The notes under the pieces are model-generated. The model was not told the DNA's origin. It searched no databases and worked only from the letters and a program-made list of their open reading frames with translations. A stretch of DNA of 64,000 bases from Myxococcales bacterium (GTDB lineage: Bacteria > Myxococcota_A > Polyangia > Haliangiales > Haliangiaceae): the NCBI GenBank assembly GCA_028287135.1, contig JAQBQE010000008.1:3155-67154 (forward strand), read 5' to 3'. Each line of letters opens with the position of its first letter. Positions within the stretch are counted from its first letter, which is position 1. The translations under genes and the position numbers were made by a program. This document shows, piece by piece, positions 8,918-18,065 of this stretch.

Positions 8918-9775
8918 ATGTTGCACCGTGCCATCGTCGTCGTGCTCACCCTGGCTGCGTGCGGAGGCGACGAACCGGGGCCGCGCCCCCAGACCTTCGG
9001 AGGCGATCGGCCAGCCGATCTCAAGGCTCCGGCGACGCTGACCGACGGTATGCAGTACCCGCTCGTCGTCGTGCTCCATGGGTTTGGCGCCAACGGCTTT
9101 GCGGAGTCCGCGTACCTCGGCACCAGCAACCTACCTGCAGCGAACCAGGCGCTCGTGATCGCTCCCGATGGGACCACCGACTCGATGGGCCGTCAGTTCT
9201 GGAACGCGGATCCGGCGTGCTGCGACTTCGACGGAAAGAACCCGGATGATGTCGCCTATCTCGGCGGCATGATCGACGAGATCGTGGACAGCTGGCCCGT
9301 CGATCCCGATCAGGTCTACGTGCTCGGCCACTCGAACGGCGGGTTCATGGCGTACCGCCTGGCATGCGAGCGGGCCGACGCGATCGCTGCGATCGGCTCG
9401 CTCGCAGGACTTGCCGCGACCAGCCCCCCGACCTGTCAGCCGTCGCGCGCGGTCAACGTGCTCCAGATCCACGGCACCGCCGATGCGACCGTCCCCTATG
9501 CGGGCGGCGGCGGGTTCGGCGGGGTCGGGGCGGCGAGCAGCGCGATGCAGTGGGCGACCCACAACGGGTGCGGAACCACGCGGAGTGATGACCCGCTGCT
9601 CGATCTCGACAACGCCGTGCCGGGAACCGAGACGCATCCGCACACCACCGCGGGATGTCCTGCGAACGGCGCGGTAGATCTCTGGGAGCTCCAGGGCTCG
9701 GGCCACATTCCACTGTGGGGGCCGGCGTTCACGCCGACCGTGATGCAGTGGTTCGCCGACCACTCACGTTCGTGA
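8918..9775 (+). CDS. alpha/beta-hydrolase lipoprotein, PHB-depolymerase/esterase (LpqC-like) family
   Basis: Lipobox LTLAAC. YPLVVVLHGFGANG, nucleophile elbow VYVLGHSNGGFMAY, VLQIHGTADATVPY. Confidence 0.8.
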   Translation: MLHRAIVVVLTLAACGGDEPGPRPQTFGGDRPADLKAPATLTDGMQYPLVVVLHGFGANGFAESAYLGTSNLPAANQALVIAPDGTTDSMGRQFWNADPACCDFDGKNPDDVAYLGGMIDEIVDSWPVDPDQVYVLGHSNGGFMAYRLACERADAIAAIGSLAGLAATSPPTCQPSRAVNVLQIHGTADATVPYAGGGGFGGVGAASSAMQWATHNGCGTTRSDDPLLDLDNAVPGTETHPHTTAGCPANGAVDLWELQGSGHIPLWGPAFTPTVMQWFADHSRS

Positions 9776-9915
9776 TTGGCCTAAGGGCTGCGGCATGTTA
9801 TCGATCGATCAAGATGTGGTACCTGGGCTCCGTCCCGCACCAACCCGACGTGGATTGAAGACGCTGATCTTGTCGTTTTCGATCTGACTCTGTTCTCTTG
9901 GTTGCGAGGACTCTC

Positions 9916-11340
9916 ATGGACACCCAGCTCAAGCTGCTCGGCCGCGACGCGGCACCGATCCAGCCGATCAAGCACATCAAGCCCACGGTCGATCCGTCGA
10001 CGCTGCACCACCGCCAGCTCCTCGACGGAACGTTCTGGCAGCGGATCCCCGCCTACCGGCTCGTCGACGAGGCCACGTTCCTCGATCACACGTGGCAGGC
10101 GAAGAACACGATCACGAACCCGCAGAAGCTCCTGCAGGCCGTGCAGGATCTCGTCCCCGCGAGCTTCTACGAGGATGTGTCCAAGGGCTTCCAGGCCGCG
10201 CCGATGTCGATCCGCGTGTCGCCGTACCTCCTGTCGCTGATCGACTGGTCGAACGCGTACACCGATCCGCTGCGCCGCCAGTTCATCCCGGTCGCGTCCC
10301 GGCTGCTGCCCGATCATCCCAAGCTGACGCTCGATTCGCTCCACGAGCAGGCCGATGCGCCGGTGGCGGGGCTCACGCACCGCTATCCCGACAAGGCGCT
10401 GTTCCTCGCGCTCGACACCTGCCCGGTGTACTGCCGGTTCTGTACGCGCAGCTACGCGGTCGGCGTCGACACCGACGAGGTCGAGAAGGTCTCGCTGAAA
10501 GCGACCGAGGATCGCTGGGAGCAGGCGTTCCAGTACATCTCCGAGCGCCCCGAGCTCGAGGACATCGTCGTCTCCGGCGGTGACAGCTACCAGCTCAAGG
10601 CTCGCCAGATCACCTTGATCGGCAACAAGCTCCTCGAGCTGCCGAACATCCGCCGCATCCGGTTCGCGACCAAGGGTCCGGCCGTGATGCCGATGAAGCT
10701 GATCACGGATCACGAGTGGCTCGATGCGCTGACCGCGGTCGTCGAGCGCGGCCGCAAGCTGCACAAGGAGGTTGTCCTCCACACCCACTTCAACCATCCG
10801 AACGAGATCACCGCGATCACCAAGCGCGCCCTCGACGGTGTGTTCGAGCGCGGCATCATCACGCGCAACCAGAGCGTGCTCCAGCGCGGCGTCAACGACG
10901 GCATCGCGACGATGCAGCTGCTGACCAAGCGCCTCGGTCACTGCCAGGTCCAGCCGTACTACGTCTACGTCCACGACCTCGTGAAGGGCGTCGAGGACCT
11001 GCGCACCACGCTGCAGACCGCGCTCGACATCGAGAAGGCCGTGCGTGGCACGACCGCGGGCTTCCACACCCCGACGTTTGTCGTCGATGCACCGGGCGGT
11101 GGTGGCAAGCGCGTCGCGCATAGCTTCGAACACTACGACCGCGAGACCGGGATCTCCGTGTTCTCGGCGCCGTCGGTCAAGCCCGGCTTCTTCCTCTACT
11201 TCGATCCGGTCGACACGCTGTCGCCCGACATCCAGGCGAAGTGGAAGAACCAGGCGCAGCAGGATCAGATGATCGAGGCTGCGATCGCGCAGGCGCAGGC
11301 GAACCGCAACTCGAGCGCGCGCGCCTCCAGCGTTCGGTAG
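9916..11340 (+). CDS. kamA: lysine 2,3-aminomutase (KamA-family radical SAM enzyme)
   Basis: Radical-SAM cluster motif CPVYCRFCTRSY, plus family blocks HRYPDKALFLALDTC, SGGDSY, RFATKGP, VHDLVKGVEDLRT and TPTFVVDAPGGGGK. Confidence 0.9.
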   Translation: MDTQLKLLGRDAAPIQPIKHIKPTVDPSTLHHRQLLDGTFWQRIPAYRLVDEATFLDHTWQAKNTITNPQKLLQAVQDLVPASFYEDVSKGFQAAPMSIRVSPYLLSLIDWSNAYTDPLRRQFIPVASRLLPDHPKLTLDSLHEQADAPVAGLTHRYPDKALFLALDTCPVYCRFCTRSYAVGVDTDEVEKVSLKATEDRWEQAFQYISERPELEDIVVSGGDSYQLKARQITLIGNKLLELPNIRRIRFATKGPAVMPMKLITDHEWLDALTAVVERGRKLHKEVVLHTHFNHPNEITAITKRALDGVFERGIITRNQSVLQRGVNDGIATMQLLTKRLGHCQVQPYYVYVHDLVKGVEDLRTTLQTALDIEKAVRGTTAGFHTPTFVVDAPGGGGKRVAHSFEHYDRETGISVFSAPSVKPGFFLYFDPVDTLSPDIQAKWKNQAQQDQMIEAAIAQAQANRNSSARASSVR

Positions 11341-12183
11341 CTACTCGGGCACGCCGTGCTTCTTGCGAAGCCGGCGCTGCATCGCCTGGTAGCGCGCGAG
11401 CTGCTCGCGGTGCTTCGCGAGCGCGGGATGGCTCGAGTGCGCCCAGTTCCTGGGGTGTTCCTCGCCGACCCGCTCTGCGGTCCGCTCGGCATCACGGTTC
11501 AGCTCGAGCCAGTCAGCCGCCAGCTTCGTGACCTCCGGATCCGCGTCGTAGCGCGCGCGTGCGTCGGCCTGCTTCTTTGCCTTGGCAAACAGCTCTGGAT
11601 GCGCGCGCTCGAAGGCATCGGCGTCCTCGAGCAGCGCCCGCGCCCGCGCACTCGGCTTGCCTCCGAGGAAGCTCGCCTCGTGATCCCTGACGTACCCCGC
11701 GAGGTTCCGGCGCCCCGCGCCAGGATCGATCGACGTATCCAGGGACCCCAGCGCGAGGGCGGCGCGGCGGAGCGGCTCCGACACCAGCTCGTCCTGCGGG
11801 CCGGTGTTCGCAGGGAGCTGTGCGATCTCGTTTGCGCGCCGCCACTGGGCAACGGCCACCGTCTTGTCGGCCGGGTCGCCCTCCATGTACATCGGATTCA
11901 CGATCGCGTGGAGCTCGAGCACGATCGCGACATCCGATCGGGTTCGCTTCGCGGGCGTCGCATGGCCGGCCTCGAGCTCGGCGAGCAAGGTCTTCGCGTA
12001 CGTCGCCTGATAGCTCTGGTAGTGCGCGAGCGGGGCAACCTTCAGCGCGGCAGGAGCGTCCTCCGAGGGGCCTTCCGCGGCGGAGGGCTCGCTCGCGCCA
12101 GAGCGATGGCCGGTCAAGCGCTGCGCGAGCGCGCAACCCGCTGCCAGCGAGGCCACGAGCGCGAACGCGATCAAGCGCGTCAC
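11341..12183 (-). CDS. lipoprotein, hypothetical
   Basis: GTG start overlapping the stop of the upstream gene (GTGA at 12180-12183). VTRLIAFALVASLAAGC lipobox. Helical, charged mature part. The rest of track ORF 11341..12627 is a shadow. Confidence 0.6.
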   Translation of the reverse strand: MTRLIAFALVASLAAGCALAQRLTGHRSGASEPSAAEGPSEDAPAALKVAPLAHYQSYQATYAKTLLAELEAGHATPAKRTRSDVAIVLELHAIVNPMYMEGDPADKTVAVAQWRRANEIAQLPANTGPQDELVSEPLRRAALALGSLDTSIDPGAGRRNLAGYVRDHEASFLGGKPSARARALLEDADAFERAHPELFAKAKKQADARARYDADPEVTKLAADWLELNRDAERTAERVGEEHPRNWAHSSHPALAKHREQLARYQAMQRRLRKKHGVPE

Positions 12184-12581
12184 GATGCCACCTGCAGCGA
12201 CATGCGGTTCGGCTTGATCGTAAGGACGATCGCGCACACGACTGCGGCCGCCGAGGCGAGCGCGGAGATGTGCGCGCCGATCGCGCCGTGCTTGGCAGCG
12301 ATCGAGAGCCCCGCCGGGATCAGCAGCAGGACCGCGAGGCCCCCCGTCATCCAGCGGTGCGACTTCTTGAGCGAGCCCATGCCGACGGCGATCGCGAGAA
12401 CCAGCGGCGCGAGGATGACCAGGCCGACCTGATAGCCGCGACGCTTGGCCATGATGATGTCGAGGATGGTGATGCTGCCGAGGTCCGAAGACACCCAGGG
12501 CATCGCGAGCAGGGCGATCAGCGCGGCGGCCGCGCAACCAGCGAGAATCAGAGGGGTACGTTTCATGGCTTTGGTCTCCAT
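12180..12581 (-). CDS. small integral membrane protein (4 predicted TM)
   Basis: Track ORF with hydrophobic segments LILAGCAAAALIALLAM, VGLVILAPLVLAIAVGM, GGLAVLLLIPAGLSIAA and ALASAAAVVCAIVLTI. Translationally coupled to 11341..12183. Confidence 0.6.
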   Translation of the reverse strand: METKAMKRTPLILAGCAAAALIALLAMPWVSSDLGSITILDIIMAKRRGYQVGLVILAPLVLAIAVGMGSLKKSHRWMTGGLAVLLLIPAGLSIAAKHGAIGAHISALASAAAVVCAIVLTIKPNRMSLQVAS

Positions 12582-12646
12582 GCGCGGAGATCACGGCCAC
12601 CGCGCAAATGTCGCGCGGAATCGTCATGCCCGTGGCGAAAGCCGGT

Positions 12647-13540
12647 TCAGGGTCCGAGCAGGCGAGCGAAGCTGACCTCGATCCTGCTCTGGACGAACCG
12701 GATCAGGCTCTCGGCCTCCTCGGTGGGAAGCCCGAGCTGGGCGCGCAGCCTGCGCACCGTGTCCTCGCGAAGCTGATCGCGAATGCGATCGAGCCAGCGT
12801 GCCGCGGTCGCCCGGTGCACCGCATGGACCCGGCCGATCTCGTCGATCCCGAGGCCGTGGAGCAGGTGCATGCGCAGCACGTTGCGATCGCGAACCTCGA
12901 GCGCGGCGATCGCCTCCTCGAACGCTCGCTCGACCTGGTCGCGCTGCAGCTCCTTGACGACGTCGTCTCGCTCGGACGGGCCGAACACCACGCCACTGAC
13001 GATCGAGGGGTGGTCGACGAGGTCGAGCCGATGGGTCGATCTCCGGAGATTCAGGGCGGTTCGCACCGCGGCGACCCGGACCAGCGCACCCAGATCGCCG
13101 TTGCCGGCGAGGTCGAGCACGCGGGGGCGGTGCCCGGGGTGCGCGACGAACAGCTTCTCGCGCAGGACCTGGCGGACCTCGTCGACCATGGCCCGATCGG
13201 CGCCGATTCGCGACAGCACGGAGCCGAGCTGGCCGAAATAGCGAGCGTCGAACGCACGCAAGGCCTCGGGAGCTCCGGCCGCGCACGCGCAGGCGATGTA
13301 GAGGTCCGAGATCGCGACGGCCGCGAGTCGCTCGACGCCCGACGTCGTGGCCTCGCCGCGCGCGATGTGCTCCGCGACCAGGGCCACGACCGCTGCCTCG
13401 GGCGCGTCGACGCCCGGCCATGCGGCACGCGCCGTGGCGAGCGCCTCGGTCCACGCGAGATCGAGGGCACGCTCGTCGACGACACCGCGGTCCGGCTCGC
13501 CCAGCAGCAGCTTCGCCAACTCGCTCATCCGAAACGCCAT
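12647..13540 (-). CDS. ECF-type sigma-70 family RNA polymerase sigma factor (long, ~297 aa)
   Basis: This is the C-terminal part of the 1187-aa track ORF. Region 2-like segment DLYIACACAAG...ALRAFDARY and region 4 HTH RNVLRMHLLHGLGIDEIGRVHAVHRATAARWLDRIRDQL. Start MAFRM (13540), MLHSM (13552) or MSEL (13528). Confidence 0.8.
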   Translation of the reverse strand: MAFRMSELAKLLLGEPDRGVVDERALDLAWTEALATARAAWPGVDAPEAAVVALVAEHIARGEATTSGVERLAAVAISDLYIACACAAGAPEALRAFDARYFGQLGSVLSRIGADRAMVDEVRQVLREKLFVAHPGHRPRVLDLAGNGDLGALVRVAAVRTALNLRRSTHRLDLVDHPSIVSGVVFGPSERDDVVKELQRDQVERAFEEAIAALEVRDRNVLRMHLLHGLGIDEIGRVHAVHRATAARWLDRIRDQLREDTVRRLRAQLGLPTEEAESLIRFVQSRIEVSFARLLGP

Positions 13541-13564
13541 CGAGTGTAGCATCGTTGGCCCCCC

Positions 13565-16189
13565 GTGCTCTGTCCCGATGAAGCCTCGGTGCTCGCGTTC
13601 GCGCAGGGTGGTGGCGACGCGGCCGCGCGCGGTGCGATCGAGGCCCACGCCGATCGGTGCGCGTCCTGCCTCGAGCTGATCGTCCACGCCGCTCGCCTCG
13701 CCGCCGGATCGGTACCGTCGGAGGGAGACGACATGCACGGTTTCGCCATGCAAGCGCCGGCCTCGGAGCGGTACGAGCTCGGCCACGAGATCGCGCGTGG
13801 CGGCATGGGCCGGATCTTCGCGGCGCACGATCGCGTGCTCGGGCGTGAGGTCGCGATCAAGTGTGTGCGCGAGGACCGGGCGTCGCTCGAAGCGCGGTTC
13901 GCCCGCGAGGTCGCGCTCACCGCGCAGCTCGAGCACCCGGCGATCGTCCCGATCCACGACGCGGGTCGGTTGCCGGACGGGCGGCGGTTCTACGCGATGC
14001 GGCGGATCGGCGGACAGCCGATGGACCGCCGGATCGCCGAGGCCGCGGATCTGAAGGGCCGACTCGCGCTGCTCCCCCACGTCATCGCGCTCGCCGACGC
14101 GATGGCCTACGTCCACGCGCAGGGCGTGATGCATCGCGATCTCAAGCCGCACAACGTCCTGATCGGCGACTTCGGCGAGACCGTGCTCATCGACTGGGGC
14201 CTGGCGAAGCGGCTCGAGGATCCGGAGCTGGCCACCGTGCCGCCGCCTACCGAGGGCGACGGGGCGACGCTCGATGGCGAGATCGTCGGAACGCGCGGAT
14301 ACATGGCTCCGGAACAGGCAGGCGCGGGCGCCGTCGGGTTGCCGGCAGACGTCTACGGGCTCGGTGCGACCTTGCTCCACGTCATCACCGGTCGGCCTCC
14401 GGATCCCGCGCTCGAGCTGCACGCGATCGCCGAGCTCCGATCGGTGCCGCCAGATTTGGCCGCGATCGTCGCGCGCGCACTGGCCGCCGATCCGAGCCAG
14501 CGCTATCCATCGGCGGGCGAGCTCGCCGGCGATCTCCACCGGTTTCAGGCGGGGCGAATGGTCGAGGCGCACCCGTACACCGCCGGGCAGCTCGTGCGGC
14601 GCTGGCTCGCGCGTCATCGCACGGCGGTGCTGTTCGCGACGGCGGCGGTACTCGCGATCTCCGTGGTCGGCGTGATCGCCGTGCGCAGGGTCGTCGAGGA
14701 ACGCGAGGTCGCGCGGACCGAACGCGCCCGTGCCGAGGAGCATCGCGATGGCGCACAGGAGCTGATCTCCTTCGTGCTCGGCAACGTTCGCGACGAGCTC
14801 GAGCAGGTAGGTCGACTCGATGCCCTCGCCGGCGCGGCGCGCGAGGTGGTTCGTTACTACGATCGTGTGCACGATGGGGCGAACGATCGCTTGCATCGCG
14901 CGATGGCGCTCGGCCTGCTCGCGCAGACCCAGCGCGATCGCGGCGACTCGACCGAAGCGGTCCGGCTCCTCCGGCAGAGTGTCGAGCTGGCGCGCGCTTC
15001 CCTCGCGCAGCACGCGAGCCCGCAAGCTGCCAAGGAGCTCGGTCTTTCGCTCCACGAGCTCGGCAACGTCGGGCGGCTCGTCCGTGCACCCGATGCGACC
15101 GCCGCTCTCCGCGAGTGCACGACGATGGCGCGAGCGCGGATCCCGGGCCCCGACGCTGCGACGTGGCGTTGGATCCTCGCGAACGCGACCGTCGAGCTCG
15201 CGCTCGATGCACACGATCAGGGTGATGACGCCGCGGCGGAGCGCATGCTCCACGAGGCCATCCAGACGGCGGGGGACCTCGAGGCCGCCGGCGATGCGCG
15301 CGGCACGCACGCGCTGGCCCGAGCAGCGGCCCGGCTCGCGCAGCTCCACACGGAACAGGGCGAGTGGACCAAGGCGAGCGCAGCGACCGAGACGCTGCGC
15401 GCGGCTGCGCTGCGGGACGCGGCGCAGAGTCCCCACGATGCAGACCTCCAGCTCGCGCTCTCGATCGCGTGGGAGCGCACCGGCGATGTTCGGAATCATC
15501 ACGACCAGCTCACCGAGGCCGCGGCCGCCTACGCCGAGTCCTACCGGATCCGGACCGCGCTGGTCGCGCTCGAGCCCAAGAATGCTGGCTGGAGTCAGGC
15601 CCTCGGGGCCGCCGAGGAGCGCCTCGGTCGGCTCGCGAGCGCGCGCGGCGATCATGCGCGGGGCCTCGCGCACGCCACCGCCAGCCGCGATATCAGCGCC
15701 CGCCTGGTCGCGCAGGATCCGCACAACTGGACGCTCGTCTCCGAGCTCGCGACCAGCGAGCTGAACCTGGCGACGGCGCTCGGCGAGCAGGGAGATCACG
15801 ATCGCGCGCGGATCGCGTTCACACGCGCACTCGAGCTGTACCAGCAGGTCGATCGCGAGTCGCCGAGCGCCGAGATGAAGCAGAGCGTCGCGATGACGTG
15901 GATCCACCTCGGCAACCTCGAGGTGACCGCCCGTCGACCCGCGTTCGCACGCACCGCCCTCGACCGCGGGCTCGCGCTGTCCAGGATCGTCCTCGCGCAG
16001 GATGACACGCCTTACACGCGACAGCTGATCGCCAACGGACTGCTGGCGCTCGCCGAGGCCGCACCCGACCGAGCCACCGTCGCGTTCGCCGAAGCCTCCG
16101 AGGTCATGGCGCCGCTCCGCGCCCTGGCGGCAGCCGATCCGGAGATCCGCGATCTGCTCGCCGAGATCGATCGCGAGCGCAGCCGCTGA
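13565..16189 (+). CDS. Ser/Thr protein kinase with N-terminal zinc-anti-sigma-like motif, one TM and C-terminal TPR/helical-repeat domain
   Basis: HADRCASC (H-x3-C-x2-C) at residues ~27-34. Kinase motifs GGMGRIFAA, AIKCV, HRDLKPHNVLI, DWGLAK (DFG position) and GTRGYMAPE. TM AVLFATAAVLAISVVGVIAV, then about 480 aa of helical repeats. Confidence 0.9.
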   Translation: MLCPDEASVLAFAQGGGDAAARGAIEAHADRCASCLELIVHAARLAAGSVPSEGDDMHGFAMQAPASERYELGHEIARGGMGRIFAAHDRVLGREVAIKCVREDRASLEARFAREVALTAQLEHPAIVPIHDAGRLPDGRRFYAMRRIGGQPMDRRIAEAADLKGRLALLPHVIALADAMAYVHAQGVMHRDLKPHNVLIGDFGETVLIDWGLAKRLEDPELATVPPPTEGDGATLDGEIVGTRGYMAPEQAGAGAVGLPADVYGLGATLLHVITGRPPDPALELHAIAELRSVPPDLAAIVARALAADPSQRYPSAGELAGDLHRFQAGRMVEAHPYTAGQLVRRWLARHRTAVLFATAAVLAISVVGVIAVRRVVEEREVARTERARAEEHRDGAQELISFVLGNVRDELEQVGRLDALAGAAREVVRYYDRVHDGANDRLHRAMALGLLAQTQRDRGDSTEAVRLLRQSVELARASLAQHASPQAAKELGLSLHELGNVGRLVRAPDATAALRECTTMARARIPGPDAATWRWILANATVELALDAHDQGDDAAAERMLHEAIQTAGDLEAAGDARGTHALARAAARLAQLHTEQGEWTKASAATETLRAAALRDAAQSPHDADLQLALSIAWERTGDVRNHHDQLTEAAAAYAESYRIRTALVALEPKNAGWSQALGAAEERLGRLASARGDHARGLAHATASRDISARLVAQDPHNWTLVSELATSELNLATALGEQGDHDRARIAFTRALELYQQVDRESPSAEMKQSVAMTWIHLGNLEVTARRPAFARTALDRGLALSRIVLAQDDTPYTRQLIANGLLALAEAAPDRATVAFAEASEVMAPLRALAAADPEIRDLLAEIDRERSR

Positions 16190-16224
16190 GGTCGCGCCCG
16201 CTGGTGACACCCGTGGTAGTGCCG

Positions 16225-17166
16225 CTAGGGGTGGTGATAGATCGGCTCGGCCCGCTCGAGGTCGGGGCGATTCCAGTTGGCGAGCGTCGCTGCTGCTTCG
16301 TACGTCGACTCGGCGAAGTCGAGCAGCGTCTGATCCGGGTTGGGCGACGCGCGCACCGCATCGTGGTCGAGGTACCAGCCCTTGAGCAGCGGGTGGTAGT
16401 AGGCCTCGGCCGGCATGATCGTGGCCTTCGCGTAGCCGGCGGGCTCGGGGGCGACGTAGCTGTAGAACGAGGCCTTCTCGAGCCGGCTATCACCGGGCCA
16501 CCAGCCGAGGCTCGAGACCTCGTGCGAGTACGCCTCCTGCTCGATCCGCGAGGCGCCGTACAGCGGTGGAGCCCGGCGCCCCGAAAAGCGACTGACCGAC
16601 AGATCGAAGGTGCCCCAGAACCACATCACCGGGCTCGCCTTGCCGATGAACCTGGCGCGGAACTTCGTGAACACCTCCGTGGCGTGGGCGACGATCTGCC
16701 AGAACCGGAGCACGTACTCCTTGTCATAGGAGTGATGGACGTCGTCGAGCTCGAACCGGATCGGGTTCGCGATCTCGACCGGCATCGGCCAGATCTTGAC
16801 CTCGAGCCCCGCGTCGCGGAGCTCGGCCATCACCGCGGCGTAGAAGTCGGCGACGCTGCGTGGGCCGAGCACGACCGTTCGCTCGCGGCCGTCCTCGGGC
16901 ATGATCCGCAAGACATCGTCGAGGAAGTCGAGCTCCATCGAGAACGTCTGGTTGTTGTGGCTCATCGCCATCGTCGTGAAGCCGCGCTCGCTGACGTACA
17001 GCGGCACGTTCCACCAGTGATTGATGACCGGCGTGATCGCGAGCCGGACCTTGCCGATGATCTGCATCCACATGTGCAGCGTGTCGCGGGTATCGCGCCA
17101 CGCGGCGAGCGGCAGCTCCGGCCAGCGGTTGGTCAGGACCGGTGCATGGTGAGATCGCGTTGCCAT
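16225..17166 (-). CDS. DUF5996 family protein
   Basis: WPELPLAAWRDTRDTLHMWMQIIGKVRLAITPVINHWWNVPLYVSERG...FIGKASPVMWFWGTFDLSVSRFSGRRAP...EAYSHEVSSLGWWPG matches the family consensus as I remember it. Start MATRSHH. Confidence 0.8.
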   Translation of the reverse strand: MATRSHHAPVLTNRWPELPLAAWRDTRDTLHMWMQIIGKVRLAITPVINHWWNVPLYVSERGFTTMAMSHNNQTFSMELDFLDDVLRIMPEDGRERTVVLGPRSVADFYAAVMAELRDAGLEVKIWPMPVEIANPIRFELDDVHHSYDKEYVLRFWQIVAHATEVFTKFRARFIGKASPVMWFWGTFDLSVSRFSGRRAPPLYGASRIEQEAYSHEVSSLGWWPGDSRLEKASFYSYVAPEPAGYAKATIMPAEAYYHPLLKGWYLDHDAVRASPNPDQTLLDFAESTYEAAATLANWNRPDLERAEPIYHHP

Positions 17167-18005
17167 GATCGAAAAGCTACCGCCCTCGATCGTTCTGGCA
17201 TCTGCGCGCCCACGCACTCGGCAACTGTCGGTGACCGGCCGATCCGCGGGATCCACAGCATGCCCACGAAGCTCGCGAGGCCAGCCGGGGCGGAGGGCGG
17301 CAGCGCCGCAGCGATCCGTGCCCGCAGCGAGGGCGTCTGATCGCCGAACCGGGTCAGGAACGCGGCGGCGGCAGCGCGCGCGACGGCGTGCGCGTCGGTG
17401 TCGTCGAGTAGCTCGGTCGCGAGCTGCACGCTGATGCCCGGCGCCGTGTCGAGCTCGAGCAGGGCAAGCAGGGCGAAGGGAGACAGGTCGGTGGCCGGCG
17501 CGAGTGCCTCGACGTACGGCGCGCGCAAGGCTGCGACGTGGACCGCCAGCGCGGCGACCGCGCGGTCGTGGACGCCGATCCACTTCATGATCTCGGTTGC
17601 GTGATCCGCGACGAGCTGGACCAGGCGATCGCGCATGTGGTGGTCGAGCGTGTCGGCGGCCGCCGTGTACTCGGCGATCAGCTCGGTGATCCGTGACGAC
17701 AGCGGCGAGCTCCGGCGCACGAGGTCGAACAGGAACGGCGCCACCGTGACCGCGACCGGATAGAGCAGGCGGTCGCGCAGCGGGTGGTGCTCGAGGACCG
17801 TGAACGCCTCGTCGATCTCGTCGGGGAGCCCGGCATACAGCGGCGCGTGACGGAGCACCGCGAGAGCACTCGGAACATTCGACCGCGCACCGGCACTGCC
17901 ATCCGACGGACCGAACGCCCCGCGCAAGGTGCCCCACGGCAGGTTCGCGACGCTGTGCTCCAGACCCGGTACATCGATGCGGCCCGTCGGTTCGAATCTC
18001 CCCAT
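17133..18005 (-). CDS. hypothetical protein (all-helical)
   Basis: Track ORF with consistent codon bias. No motif recognised. Its 3' end overlaps the start of 16225..17166 by 34 nt. Confidence 0.5.
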   Translation of the reverse strand: MGRFEPTGRIDVPGLEHSVANLPWGTLRGAFGPSDGSAGARSNVPSALAVLRHAPLYAGLPDEIDEAFTVLEHHPLRDRLLYPVAVTVAPFLFDLVRRSSPLSSRITELIAEYTAAADTLDHHMRDRLVQLVADHATEIMKWIGVHDRAVAALAVHVAALRAPYVEALAPATDLSPFALLALLELDTAPGISVQLATELLDDTDAHAVARAAAAAFLTRFGDQTPSLRARIAAALPPSAPAGLASFVGMLWIPRIGRSPTVAECVGAQMPERSRAVAFRSWQRDLTMHRS

Positions 18006-18065
18006 CGGGGCGGAGAGTAGGGCAACCGATCGCGCGGGGCGAAGAAACTGGATACGCTACGGCCG

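Noticed and set aside
9776-9915. Lysine riboswitch upstream of kamA
   Set aside because: The region is only ~140 nt, and I could not recognise the conserved L-box helices or motifs. This needs cmscan to settle, and I make no claim.
9781-11133. 450-aa reverse-strand ORF opposite kamA
   Set aside because: A shadow of the radical-SAM gene, with a low-complexity Arg/Asp/Leu-rich translation.
13553-16210. Upstream ~885 codons of the 1187-aa reverse-strand ORF 12647..16210
   Set aside because: It is antisense to the Ser/Thr kinase gene, which has canonical kinase motifs. Only the last ~297 codons (the sigma factor) look like a real protein.
17981-18000. tRNA-like T-loop motif GGTTCGAATC (also GGGGGTTCGAGAC at 37885-37897)
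   Set aside because: The flanking bases do not form a T-stem, and no acceptor or anticodon arms can be drawn. The first lies inside a coding region. No tRNA is supported anywhere in the window.
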